DNA of 64,000 bases from assembly GCA_044892525.1 (NCBI GenBank), contig CM097888.1, forward strand, positions 1,302,001 to 1,366,000. The letters run 5' to 3'. This DNA comes from Schmidtea polychroa. Its lineage: Eukaryota. Positions 52,600 to 64,000 of this stretch are shown here, piece after piece. Under the pieces are notes generated by a model. It did not search any database and had not been told where the DNA came from. It saw only the letters and a program-made list of their open reading frames with translations. The first letter of the stretch is position 1; the number at the start of each line of letters is the position of its first letter. A program made the position numbers and the translations under genes.

Positions 52600-53950
52600 A
52601 TTTTAAATGTGAAATATGAATTATAAGTGTATTTTGACATAAAGTATAAATGGTTACATCTAAAATTTGATTACAACATATAACCTGTAAATATAAAATA
52701 TAAATTATAAATGTACTTTCGAATTTGTAGATATAAAGTATAATCATAAATATAAAGTATAAATGGTCATATCAAAAATTTGATTATGAATTATAACCTA
52801 TAAATATAAAATATAAATCCTAAATGTATTTTCGACTTTGTAGATATAAAATATAATTATAAATATAAATTATAAATAGGTATATCAAAAGATTTTTGAT
52901 TATAAATTATAACCTATAAATATAAAATATAAATTCTAAATGTATTTTCGACTTTGTAGATATAAAGTATAAATATAACTATAAAGTATAAGTAGTAAAT
53001 CAAAAATATGATCATAAAACATAACTTATAAATATAAAATATATATTATGAATATCTTATCGACCCTAAAAATATAAAGTATAAATAGCTATACCTAAAA
53101 TTTGATTGTAAAAATATAAATTATAAATATAAAATGTAAATTGCAAATGTATTTTGACTTCAAAATGTAACGTAAAAATAGTTATGTCTCAAATTGGATC
53201 ATAAAAACATAAATTATAACTACAATATATAAATTATAACTGCATCCTGACTTTACAAAATAAATAGTTATATCCAAAATTGGATCATAGAAATATAAAT
53301 TATAAATACAAATTATAAATTATAAATGCATTTTGACGTAAAAATTTGGAAGTATAAATATATATTTAAAATTTGACTATAAAAATATAAATCTTAAACA
53401 TAAAAAATAAATCATGAATCTGTTATGACTTTAGAAATATCAAGTACAAATAGTTACACATATAAACCCTAATTACAAAATATAAATTATAAACATAATA
53501 TATAACTTATAATTGGATGATGACTATAAAGATATGACGTATAAATAGGGATGTATGATTCCTAGTTATAAAAATCTAATTTATAAATACAGGATGTAAA
53601 ATTATAAGCATGTTACGACTTTGAAATTTTAAAGTATCAACGGTTATATCTAAAATCTGAATGTAAAAGTATAAATTCAATATATAAATTATATTTTATA
53701 ATATAAAGTCTAAAAGGGGATATATAATTCCTAGTTATAAAAACATCAATTATAAAAACAGGATATAAATTATAAATATATTATGACCTTAAAATTAGAA
53801 ACTAGAAATGATTATACCTATAAGTGGATTATAAAATATAAATTATAATATAAATTATAAATTATAAACGTATTTTGAGTTTAAAAATATAAAGTATCAA
53901 TAATTATATATAAACTATAAATGGGATATATAAATCAGATGTGTACTTTG
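52600..53950. repeat. Degenerate AT-rich minisatellite, about 95-115-bp period
   Basis: An AAAGTATAAAT-like anchor occurs at 52641, 52754, 52867, 52983 and 53076, with shared downstream AAAATTTGATT and TATAAATATAAAAT blocks. Confidence 0.7.
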
Positions 53951-55242
53951 GTCATAACGAGACGAATTATAAGTGAGGGTAAGCTAATTCTAACTACAAA
54001 ACTATAAACTATAATGATTATATATCAAATTGGGATGATGAAAATATAATTTATAAACAGTAGGCATAAGATATGTATATATGTATGTGTGTGTGTGTAT
54101 ATTTATCCATAGATTAATTCTAAATTATAAACTGAGGATGAGGGCATACGAATTGCAACCACAAAAGTATAGATTATAATTAGCTAGACATCCATTTTTT
54201 ATGATCGCTAGGATATGTAAATGATGTAAAATATAAACGTTATATGGATATATACCCTAAAGATGGATTGAAATCGTTGAGAGGTAAAGTACAAATAGCC
54301 CTATAGAATTATAAGGTATAGGAAGGGGGATCAGCAATTTGTACTTGATTCAAACCTATTTAAATTATGAACGGAGACTTAGCCCCTGAATCACCGTCAT
54401 CATCAGGATTACATTAATTCGTTGAATCCATAAATTAGTCACATAGACAATTTTTTTTAAATAAAATAGTTTCACTTACCTCATAAAATCAGAATTATAT
54501 ACCCAATCATGCAAGGTATAAGCATTTAAAAGATCATAATATTGGCATCATTAAATTATCCGAAAAGAAAGGGCCAAACAATCTGAAAATGTACCTAAAT
54601 AAGGTGATTCCACTGAATATGACAACCCAGTCTAAGTGAGGATGAGGTGGGAAACCAAGGTTCCAACAGCTCACCCAGCACTGACGGGGCTGGTTGATTC
54701 AGTATTTAATCAATACATTAAAAATTTAACAGAAAATTTAATTTAAAAAATTGAAAAACCAAATCGTAATGTTGACAACAATTATTACGGATGAACAAAT
54801 TATTTTGATTAAATTTAAATTATAGAAAATAAAACAGGATTATATTAAAATATTATAAAATAGAAATTAGAGGCTGAATTTTTCGATGATTAATACCAAC
54901 GGATAAAGTTACGTTTCTTGAGATTATAATTTTGGGTAGAATATTTGTGATAACGATTTAGTAGTAATGGAGATTTTTTAGGACAAAAATTTATAGACTA
55001 CCCACCAGATTAATATCCAAAATTTCCTTTTGCTGAGGTAGTTGTCTAATTAAATTTCTGGTATGCCTAATTATGAAAAGATTTCGAAATCGTATTCCCC
55101 TGCAATTACATTAGGACGATCCACGAGTGACCCACTCACCACCTGGCCACTTAGTTGAAAAGAGGGGCCGTAACGGATGAGGTTTTGAATCTACCAGAGA
55201 ATTGAGAACCTTACTGCCTTTAATTTGGGTTTATTTGATAGA

Positions 55243-55605
55243 ATGTCTCAATCAAGTGGATCCGACGAAGCAGAATACCGGCAGATGATAACACGGCTCC
55301 GGACCCGGTATATATGGTGCTACATTCACAGGTGGAGCCAGGGGCGGGACTTGGACTGCTCCAATCGGGTTATCCGGAATGGCCCAGAGCCCGATGCCCC
55401 GGCATGGGTGAAGGTGGAACCGGAGAATCACCGGTTGCAGGAGGCCCGAGATCAGGCGGCCTGGGATGTGGAAGCCGCTCAGACCCGGCTCAAGAAGATC
55501 GATCTACAAATCAGAGCCGAAAGAGAAGGGGTGTCCCTGGAAGAATTAGAAGAGGCCGAGGCACCTCCGAGGAAACGAGGGAGGCCCCGGAAGAACCCTG
55601 CTTAA
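55243..55605 (+). CDS. Hypothetical 120-aa protein with a C-terminal AT-hook
   Basis: GC-rich open frame from ATG at 55243, with a coiled-coil-like middle and a terminal PPRKRGRPRKNPA. Confidence 0.5.
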   Translation: MSQSSGSDEAEYRQMITRLRTRYIWCYIHRWSQGRDLDCSNRVIRNGPEPDAPAWVKVEPENHRLQEARDQAAWDVEAAQTRLKKIDLQIRAEREGVSLEELEEAEAPPRKRGRPRKNPA

Positions 55606-55901
55606 TCCGACGGCAGTGGTGGATTGAACAAACTAATTGATCAATCGGACATAATGTTATGGTGATTGTGTTGACTTCTTTCGTAGCTGACGTGACAATT
55701 TTGTAGAATTTGTATTTTATTAAAAATTATTAATATTATATTTAATCATGTGTATTCTTCATATAATAAATTACTTTTCTCTGTGTTTGTATTTGGGCCT
55801 TATAGTTTATGAGGTGTCGTCAGGATCGGGGAGTCCTTCCTCATCCTTCAGCTATAAATTTTACACCACCAAGCGAATCACCTTTACGCACATGACAGCG
55901 A

Positions 55902-56366
55902 GTGATGGAACTTTATTATTGTTTCTATTCAGTGTACCAGTTACTCGAAAACCTACGTAAGGACCGCGAACAGGCCCAGCAGCAAGCCGAAGACCTTCGA
56001 AGTCGGGTTGAGAAGCTCAAGATCAAGTGCCGAGAACTCGAAGGTACTTGGTTCAGTCCGGCTGAGATGAAGAAGCGGACAACCCACATCTCACAACTCC
56101 AGACCCAGGCGGAGCAAGATCAACTCGAGATCCGAGCGCTGAAGCTACAAGTACGCTCGCTCGAGAGTAAATTGAACGAGAGGTTCATCCGGGACACTCT
56201 TTGCGAGCAGATTCGCCCACTTCCCGTGGAGCTGACTCAGATATACCCACCAGCCCAGGCAAGCAAGCCGAAACGTAAACGGCTAGGGCGGAACACCCGA
56301 GAGAAATTGAAAAGGGCCTGGCTGGCCGAGCAGGAGAAATTGAAGGAGACTGAAGCCAATCCATGA
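55902..56366 (+). CDS. Hypothetical coiled-coil protein with a basic NLS-like C-terminus, probably spliced at the 5' end
   Basis: Heptad-like LLENLRKDREQAQQQAEDLRSRVEKLK and a basic KPKRKRLGR. A candidate 31-nt GT-AG intron at 55902-55932 joins it to the 55748-55960 frame. Confidence 0.45.
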   Translation: MMELYYCFYSVYQLLENLRKDREQAQQQAEDLRSRVEKLKIKCRELEGTWFSPAEMKKRTTHISQLQTQAEQDQLEIRALKLQVRSLESKLNERFIRDTLCEQIRPLPVELTQIYPPAQASKPKRKRLGRNTREKLKRAWLAEQEKLKETEANP

Positions 56367-57764
56367 TCCTGAGAGACGTTCGAGAGTGCGACCCTCCTGG
56401 GTAAACAAACCTTGTAATATAGTAGTGATTAAATAAATGATTCTTGTTGTCTAATGAGTATGAGATTGAACTTTGCTGTTGTCTAAAACAAGATGATTGG
56501 TAGAAAGGCGTTTGGGGAAACAATCTCGATGAGGGACCGAAACAAATCGGACACGTGCCTTCTATCGGCGTCCGTGAACCCATAGAGTGCTCGACAATTA
56601 CAGTGCTTGACGCGCTCACTTTTTGCGAGTACTCAACCCCTTGGTACAGTACCAATGTTGATTGCTCAACGGGTACCAAGAGGAAAATAAGGTTGTATCC
56701 TGGGTTACGCTGGTAACAGCATAAGAGCGTAATTAATTAACTATCAGTAACCCACCAAATGTAAAGAATTCCCAGTAATATAATATATAGCAGTACCTAG
56801 CAACTAATGCCATGCGTGTTTAGGTTCCCAAGTAGTTGCGACCATGAAACAAAATAATGACACATAACCCAATATTGCCATTAATCAAAGAAATAACCCA
56901 ATTTAAGTATTTCCAATAAATCTGTAACCGAAAGTTATAACTATTTGCTATAAATTGTTAAACATCAAACCTCCCGTCAGCGAAGTTAGCAAGTGTCATT
57001 TATGTCTGAATCTATTCCGCCCAGAGATCCAGTCATTCAACACTCAGCTCCGGTTATCCCACTTCCTTTTCTCTTTTCGCCACCTCTTCCGATCTTTTTC
57101 ATGTCCCAGCGCCATTTATCAATCTCAAAGCAGTGTCCACCTCTTTTACAGCACTAGCCAAAGTGTCGAAGAAGATATAGCTCGGTCGGTCACTTCTGTT
57201 TTCTTCCTAGACGTTGATTTGATCTTGTCCTCAGCACGACCCAGCTTAGGAATCACATTTGCTGACCAACGTAATTAGCGACAGTAATCAAAGGCCAATA
57301 AAGAACATAATAAGGCATTATAGTGAAAAATAGAAAGATGAGGGGTTATTTTCGATTTCTATTTAATTTCCTATCGGAAATTTTACTTCACAGTGAAGTC
57401 TTCACTGAACTTTAGAGTTTCATGAAACCTAATAAGTCAAACGCTGCTCTAGTATATTTTAAGTTTTTCCATTAAAACTTTCTTTAATTTTTTATTAAAT
57501 AAATTTTCTTCATCCTCTTTTCCATAGATGAATGTTTAATATTAAACAATTACCAAAATCATCTCATCAAGATATTTGAAATATATTTTCATTTTACTGA
57601 CATATTTTCTTGACTCTTGCTTTTCTTATATAACAATATCAGTAAAATGGTTTTCTCAATTAATATAATATTAATAAATTTTAACTATAAATAATAAATT
57701 TAGTAAAAGATTTGTTTAAATATAGATGATTTGTTGTGAACCATTTAAAATTAAATTTTAGTAA

Positions 57765-58201
<437 letters not shown>

Positions 58202-58610
58202 GTAAGTCGAAATTTGTAATTTAATTAATAATTAATAAATTTGCATTAACAATTTTTATTTGATTGAATAATTTGTAATTATATCATATTACAATATGAC
58301 GTAATGGAAGCTTTGAAGGGTTTCCAAGCTGTCAGCTGATGATGCTATAATAATGCGCATAAATTCCATTTGTGCAATGAAATCTCCAGCAAATCCCTTG
58401 ATAATTCATGTAGAGCAATCATTCATATCGTCACCACCATCATCACCATCATCCATATGCATAATTATGATATTTATATCGACATTTCCATTCAAATCAA
58501 TCAATGATTCATTCATGGAAATTATTATCATATTCATTCTGCCATTTCTATTTATTGGCAATCATTTTATCTTTGGGAATTCATTGATTGACATTTGGGC
58601 AAATATGCGC

Positions 58611-59865
58611 AATATTCCATGATGCTAGCAACCAAATACTTCAATAAATCCCCATAGCAACGGCACATTTACACCAAATATTGCATGATGCTAGCAACCA
58701 AATCCTTCAATAAATCTCCATAGCAACGGAACATTTACACCAAATATTGCATGATGCTAGCAACCAAATCATTCAATAAATCCCCATAGCAACGGGACAT
58801 TTACACCAAATATTGCATGATGCTAGCAACCAAATCCTTCAATAAATCCCCATAGCAACGGCACATTTACACCAAATATTGCATGATGCTAGCAACCAAA
58901 TACTTCAATAAATCCCCATAGCAACGGCACATTTACACCAAATATTGCATGATGCTAGCAACCAAATCCTTCAATAAATCTCCATAGCAACGGAACATTT
59001 ACACCAAATATTGCATGATGCTAGCAACCAAATCCTTCAATAAATCCCCATAGCAACGGCACATTTACACCAAATATTGCATGATGCTAGCAACCAAATA
59101 CTTCAATAAATCCCCATAGCAACGGCACATTTACACCAAATATTGCATGATGCTAGCAACCAAATCCTTCAATAAATCTCCATAGCAACGGCACATTTAC
59201 ACCAAATATTGCATGATGCTAGCAACCAAATCATTCAATAAATCCCCATAGCAACGGCACATTTACACCAAATATTGCATGATGCTAGCAACCAAATCCT
59301 TCAATAAATCCCCATAGCAACGGCACATTTACACCAAATATTGCATGATGCTAGCAACCAAATCATTCAATAAATCTCCATAGCAACGGCACATTTACAC
59401 CAAATATTGCATGATGCTAGCAACCAAATCATTCAATAAATCCCCATAACAACGGCACATTTACACCAAATATTGCATGATGCTAGCAACCAAATCCTTC
59501 AATAAATCTCCATAGCAACGGCACATTTACACCAAATATTGCATGATGCTAGCAACCAAATACTTCAATAAATCCCCATAGCAACGGCACATTTAGACCA
59601 AATATTGCATGATGCTAGCAACCAAATCCTTCAATAAATCTCCATAGCAACGGCACATTTACACCAAATATTGCATGATGCTAGCAACCAAATCATTCAA
59701 TAAATCTCCATAGCAACGGCACATTTACACCAAATACTGCATGATGCTAGCAACCAAATCCTTCAATAAATCTCCATAGCAACGGCACATTTACACCAAT
59801 ATTGCATGATGCTAGCAACCAAATCCTTCAATAAATCCCCATAGCAACGGCACATTTACACCAAT
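58611..59865 (+). repeat. 66-bp satellite, about 19 copies
   Basis: Unit CATGATGCTAGCAACCAAATCCTTCAATAAATCCCCATAGCAACGGCACATTTACACCAAATATTG, with stops in all six frames. Confidence 0.97.
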
Positions 59866-59866
59866 A

Positions 59867-60151
59867 GTAGTTATGAATCTGGGGACTGTGTCCCATTCAC
59901 CCGGCGTTGGCCTTAACTATCGTGTGACTGGCACAAACCCTCTTTCAAAACTAAACAATTTTAACCTTTTTACCCTATAAAAAATAAACTTTTTCAATCT
60001 TTTCAATTGTTGGAAATAAATGATAAAATAAATCCCCTCCAAACTTCAATTTTGTCATCATTTCATGAACTTCATCGGGTTAAAATGCTCAAAACAAACT
60101 GATTGATAATTAAGCCAGGGAAAGCTGGCTCAGTCCCAGATTCATAACTAC
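59867..60151. mobile_element. MITE-like element, about 285 bp
   Basis: The left end GTAGTTATGAATCTGGGGACTG matches the reverse complement of CAGTCCCAGATTCATAACTAC (60131-60151) apart from one indel. No TSD was seen. Confidence 0.65.
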
Positions 60152-60254
60152 CTTTTTTTTAAAAATTTTAAAATGTAAAAAGGCTTTTAACTAAACCTAT
60201 AAGCATTTGACCCAAACCCGTTTGACCGTATTTTGCAATTAATGGTTAAGCATG

Positions 60255-61060
60255 CGTGGCAATGATTTAATTATGAGATAGCGCCAATCAAATCGCACGT
60301 TCCCAATAATTATCGAAATTTTTTAATAACATTTTAAAACCAGGCCTATTTTAATCTTGTTGAGGTGTGGGCGAGTCTGATGAGTCAAATGGATTGAATA
60401 GCGTGAGCAAGGACGATGAGCCTAAATTTGTGTTAGTATTGCCGCACTCAGAAGGGTTTAGGGATTATAAAGTGAAGATAAGAAAGCAGTTAGGGAATGC
60501 AAACTATAGGATAGTGTCAACTTCATGGAAAGTACGCAATATGTTTATTAATCAGTCAAAAACTCGGGTTGAATTGTGTTCCGATCTCGTTTATCAGTTT
60601 ACATGTAATGGGTGTAATGCCACATACATTGGAGAGACTTCCCGTCACCTCTGTATGGGAGCTCGAGAACATTGTAGACCGAAGGCTTTGACCCATATTG
60701 GTGAGCACAATAAGGGCTGTAAGATTAAAATAGGAATGTCTGATTTTAAAATTTTATTAAAAAACTTCGATAATTATTGGGAACGCGTGATTTGTGAGGC
60801 GTTGTTGATAAAATCATTGAATCCGATAATTAATGTGCAGAATGCAGTGAATGCTTGTGTGTTGAGTGTTTTTAAATAAGCTTTTGTGTATTGTATGTAT
60901 TGATTGTTGTATTGAATTAAATAATTGATAAAAATTTCTTAAATTATTAAATTATTAAATTATTAAATTATTAATATCCCAGCTGACGATGACAGGAAAA
61001 CTGTCGTAATTAATCGTGAAAAGAATGTTTGATTGGCGTTGTCTTATATTTTGCAGTGTT
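60255..61060 (+). mobile_element. Penelope-like element fragment with an inverted 5' segment and a 3' hammerhead motif
   Basis: ORF 60367-60879 reads LVLPHSEG...VYQFTCNGCNATYIGETSRHL...EH...ERVICEALLI (GIY-YIG). 60288-60358 is an inverted copy of 60721-60794. Confidence 0.88.
60983..61015 (+). ncRNA. Minimal hammerhead ribozyme motif, mutated core
   Basis: CTGACGA-T-GACAG gaaaa CTGTC-GTAA-TTAA-TC, where GAAA has changed to GTAA. Confidence 0.55.
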
Positions 61061-61255
61061 TGTAATAAAACTTTTCAAAAACTTTCAGCATATAAATCTC
61101 ATTTAAAACCAAGACTTCATCTATGAACGCAGAAGGACTAAATGATTCAAATTCTAAACTTTGTCAAAAATGTGGAAACAGAAAAGGGATTATGTTATTA
61201 ATACTTGTGAGATTTGTGGAAAAAAAGTATAAAACTAAATTAATAATCAAAAAAA

Positions 61256-62265
61256 CGTGGCAATGATTTAATAATAGAGAAACGCCAACTCAATAAATTC
61301 AACATAAACGCGATATATTTCAATTGTACAACAATCTTCGTCAGGCCGCAATCTGGATAATCAGTAATAAGACATAAAATATGCAATATCTAAACAAATT
61401 AACTAATAATAATCATCTCCAAAATGTATCAAAAATTTTTAAAAAAAATTTCAAAACAAAAAAAAAATATTTTTAAAAAACCAAACCATATTTTACATAA
61501 CCCACATACATATTATTTTAAAATTAAATTTTAATTTAATAACATTTGACATTCAACATAAAATTAACAAATTTAAACAAATTACAAAGTTTACAAAACA
61601 CAAACATAATTATACCACAAACACGACTCCCAACCTTCATCCTTCAATTACTTAAACACATTCAAAATCTCCGTGGAACGGGCAACTTGATCATTTATTT
61701 TTGGATTTAAATATCTAATCAACAATGCCCCACAAGTTACTCGTTCCCAATAATTACTTAAACCTTTTGAAATAATTTTAAAATCAGAGATACCTATTTC
61801 TTTACTGACACATTTCCTACCATGATTACTAATATTAGTCAATCCTTTTGGTCGACAGTGTTCAAGAACTCGGGTGCAGAGATGACGGGCAGTCTCTCCA
61901 ATGTATGTGGCATTACACCCATTACATGAAAATTGATACACAAACCAATTGGCGTTGGACATTTACTAGTTAACATACTGCTAAGAAGTGGAAACAATCC
62001 TGAATTGATCCTTGTCTACATATTTGAGAATTTTATGTTTAAATTCTCTGAAACCCTCCGAATAAGGCAATACTAACACATATTTCGGCTCCATGCGATT
62101 GGATCGATTCTTGTCACTTTCCGAATTTAACATAGTACTTTCCTCAGGTTCAGACGTACGCATACCCACGTTATCAGATTTAAACATTAACTTATCCACA
62201 GTCACTTTTGTCAAGAAAAGATTTAGAGTAGCCATTTTTAAGTAACAACTCAACCAATACATCAA
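61256..62265 (-). mobile_element. 5'-truncated Penelope-like element (linker, GIY-YIG and 3' end)
   Basis: ORF pieces 61981-62265 (VLVLPYSEG) and 61648-61962 (VYQFSCNGCNATYIGETARHL...LEH). It shares the terminal motif CGTGGCAATGATTTAA with 60255. Confidence 0.88.
61312..61344 (-). ncRNA. Minimal hammerhead ribozyme motif with an intact core
   Basis: The minus strand reads CTGACGA-A-GATTG ttgta CAATT-GAAA-TATA-TC: conserved CUGANGA and GAAA boxes, stem II and an AUC cleavage triplet. Stem I is weak. Confidence 0.6.
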
Positions 62266-62289
62266 TACTTTTTAGGATATGAATTACAT

Positions 62290-63010
62290 TTACAAAATGA
62301 ACATTTAACAGAAAACATTGAAGAAGAGAATCAAGAAGATCATCAAACTCAACAAAATGTACAAGATGAAGAAAATCAACAAGAACAAATATTAATAATA
62401 ATAATATATATATTGATGGTAAAGAAGTTGAAGAAGTTCATAATGAACGAGAAAAAAATGATGGATAGAAAAAATTCGAAACATTAAATTTGTTTTTAAT
62501 GATTTTGTTAAGGCGCCAATTTCTGTAGGTAAATATATAAACAATTTTAAAAATCAAATAAAATCAGCAATGGATATTGTTGTTATATCAAGAATTATAA
62601 AAGGATTTAATCTTATAACATATAAAGTTTGTATCAATGTGGAATATTATCGAGGTAATGAACTAACTGATAATTAATTTTTTAAATCAAAATATGAAAC
62701 TGATTATTCTTATTTACATAGTACTAAATCTGTTGAAACGCGATTAGGTGAATCAAATTTAATGCTTCACAGTTTCTATAATATAGAAATAAATTATTGG
62801 AATACTCATGCTCCAAATCCTCAATCTTATATTCCAACACGCTTTATTTCTAAACAAATATTAAATATGAAGAATAATGATAATAAATGTTTCATATGGT
62901 CAATATTAGCAGCTTTCAGGAGAATCAACAGTAGCAGAATTTTTGAGAATTATCGATTGGTTTTACCTTTTCATTATTCCCGGGAGAAATATCCATACTC
63001 GACTCAATAA
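62290..63010 (+). pseudogene. Degraded Polinton pPolB N-terminal region
   Basis: QSYIPTRFISKQILNMKNNDNKCFIWSILAAF matches HSYIPTPSALNSKKAIVNVKNTDDMCFIYSILALL of the intact polB. An acidic Q/E-rich leader lies upstream and the frame is broken afterwards. Confidence 0.7.
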
Positions 63011-63318
63011 ATACATCAAAAACCAAAAATCAAAAAAACTGCTTCTGAAAAATTAATTTTCACATTAGAAATATTGATAAACCCATCGAAAAGGTTTTCT
63101 TCGAAATTAATTTGTGCACTTGTAAACTATTAGCTGTTTCTGGAAATTCTTTGAATTTAGTAGATGCAACACCTTGATTTTAACCTTGACACGCTTTGCA
63201 TATCAATAGATGATATTGGATAGAGCACACACGACTATGTTCTCACATACACATGCACAGTGGCGGAACTTCAAAATTTGGGCCCCCCGCGCAATGTAAA
63301 ATATATCAAATCAAGTAA

Positions 63319-63847
63319 TTTACACCAATATTGCATGATGCTAGCAACCAAATCATTCAATAAATCCCCATAGCAACGGCACATTTACACCAAATATTGC
63401 ATGATGCTAGCAACCAAATACTTCAATAAATCCCCATAGCAACGGCACATTTACACCAAATATTGCATGATGCTAGCAACCAAATACTTCAATAAATCCC
63501 CATAGCAACGGCACATTTACACCAAATATTGCATGATGCTAGCAACCAAATACTTCAATAAATCCCCATAGCAACGGCACATTTACACCAATATTGCATG
63601 ATGCTAGCGACCAAATCATTCAATAAATCCCCATAGCAACGGCACATTTACACCAAATATTGCATGATGCTAGCAACCAAATCATTCAATAAATCCCCAT
63701 AGCAACGGCACATTTACACCAATATTGCATGATGCTAGCAACCAAATACTTCAATAAATCACCATAGCAACGGCACATTTACACCAAATATTGCATGATG
63801 CTAGCAACCAAATCCTTCAATAAATCACCATAGCAACGGTACATTTA
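63319..63847 (+). repeat. Second array of the same 66-bp satellite, about 8 copies
   Basis: Same unit and orientation as 58611-59865. Confidence 0.95.
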
Positions 63848-63890
63848 ATAATTATATTTATAAGTATAAATGAAATAAAAAACATAAATT

Positions 63891-63904
63891 GTTGCCATGG
63901 TAAC
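63891..63904. promoter_or_regulatory. Near-palindromic RFX X-box
   Basis: GTTGCCATGGTAAC fits the established X-box consensus GTYNCY-AT-RGNAAC. Confidence 0.45.
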
Positions 63905-64000
63905 TGTAGAATTGTCACACAAATTTGTGAGGATGCCAAATGTTTATAAGATTCAAATTCAACATATTTAAAAATTAATCAATTATTGATCGATAACAAT

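Noticed and set aside
56955-57290. 107-aa plus-strand ORF and a coding-like minus strand
   Set aside because: The minus strand has multiple stops and the plus ORF looks like its shadow; no family was recognised.
63258-63290. hAT-like left terminus CAGTGGCGGA
   Set aside because: No partner terminus or TSD lies within the window, so it is not called as a feature.

Overview
AT-rich eukaryotic (invertebrate-like) genomic DNA with short GT-AG introns (about 42-58 nt) and four N gaps (547-921, 4614-4742, 41089-41315, 49288-49475). The window is dominated by mobile and repeated DNA, and each recognisable host gene is damaged or incomplete. (1) A 7,494-bp Polinton/Maverick-type element (40773-48266) has 53-bp perfect terminal inverted repeats starting AGTAGATAG and a 6-bp target-site duplication (CTCGGC). 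It splits an MFS transporter exon, and removing it restores the reading frame. It carries an intact 1237-codon protein-primed DNA polymerase B and a small intron-containing acidic gene. No integrase, ATPase, protease or capsid gene is visible, and the right end holds a dense TGACCTTG/TGAGTCA motif array. (2) A 24.4-kb GC-richer tandem array (10015-34421) has 29 core copies of a chimeric unit, built from an intronless WDR36/UTP21 C-terminal fragment and pieces of two unidentified genes. Units are 689, 718, 727, 938 or 1045 bp and differ by microhomology-bounded deletions. (3) Other content: a frameshifted ferritin, a PCGF3-like RING gene fragment, hAT, Tc1-like and piggyBac remnants, two MITEs, three 5'-truncated Penelope-like GIY-YIG elements each with a minimal hammerhead motif, 22-bp and 66-bp satellites, a pre-miRNA-sized hairpin and further degraded Polinton pPolB fragments. 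All family assignments come from motif recognition by eye; no database search was run.
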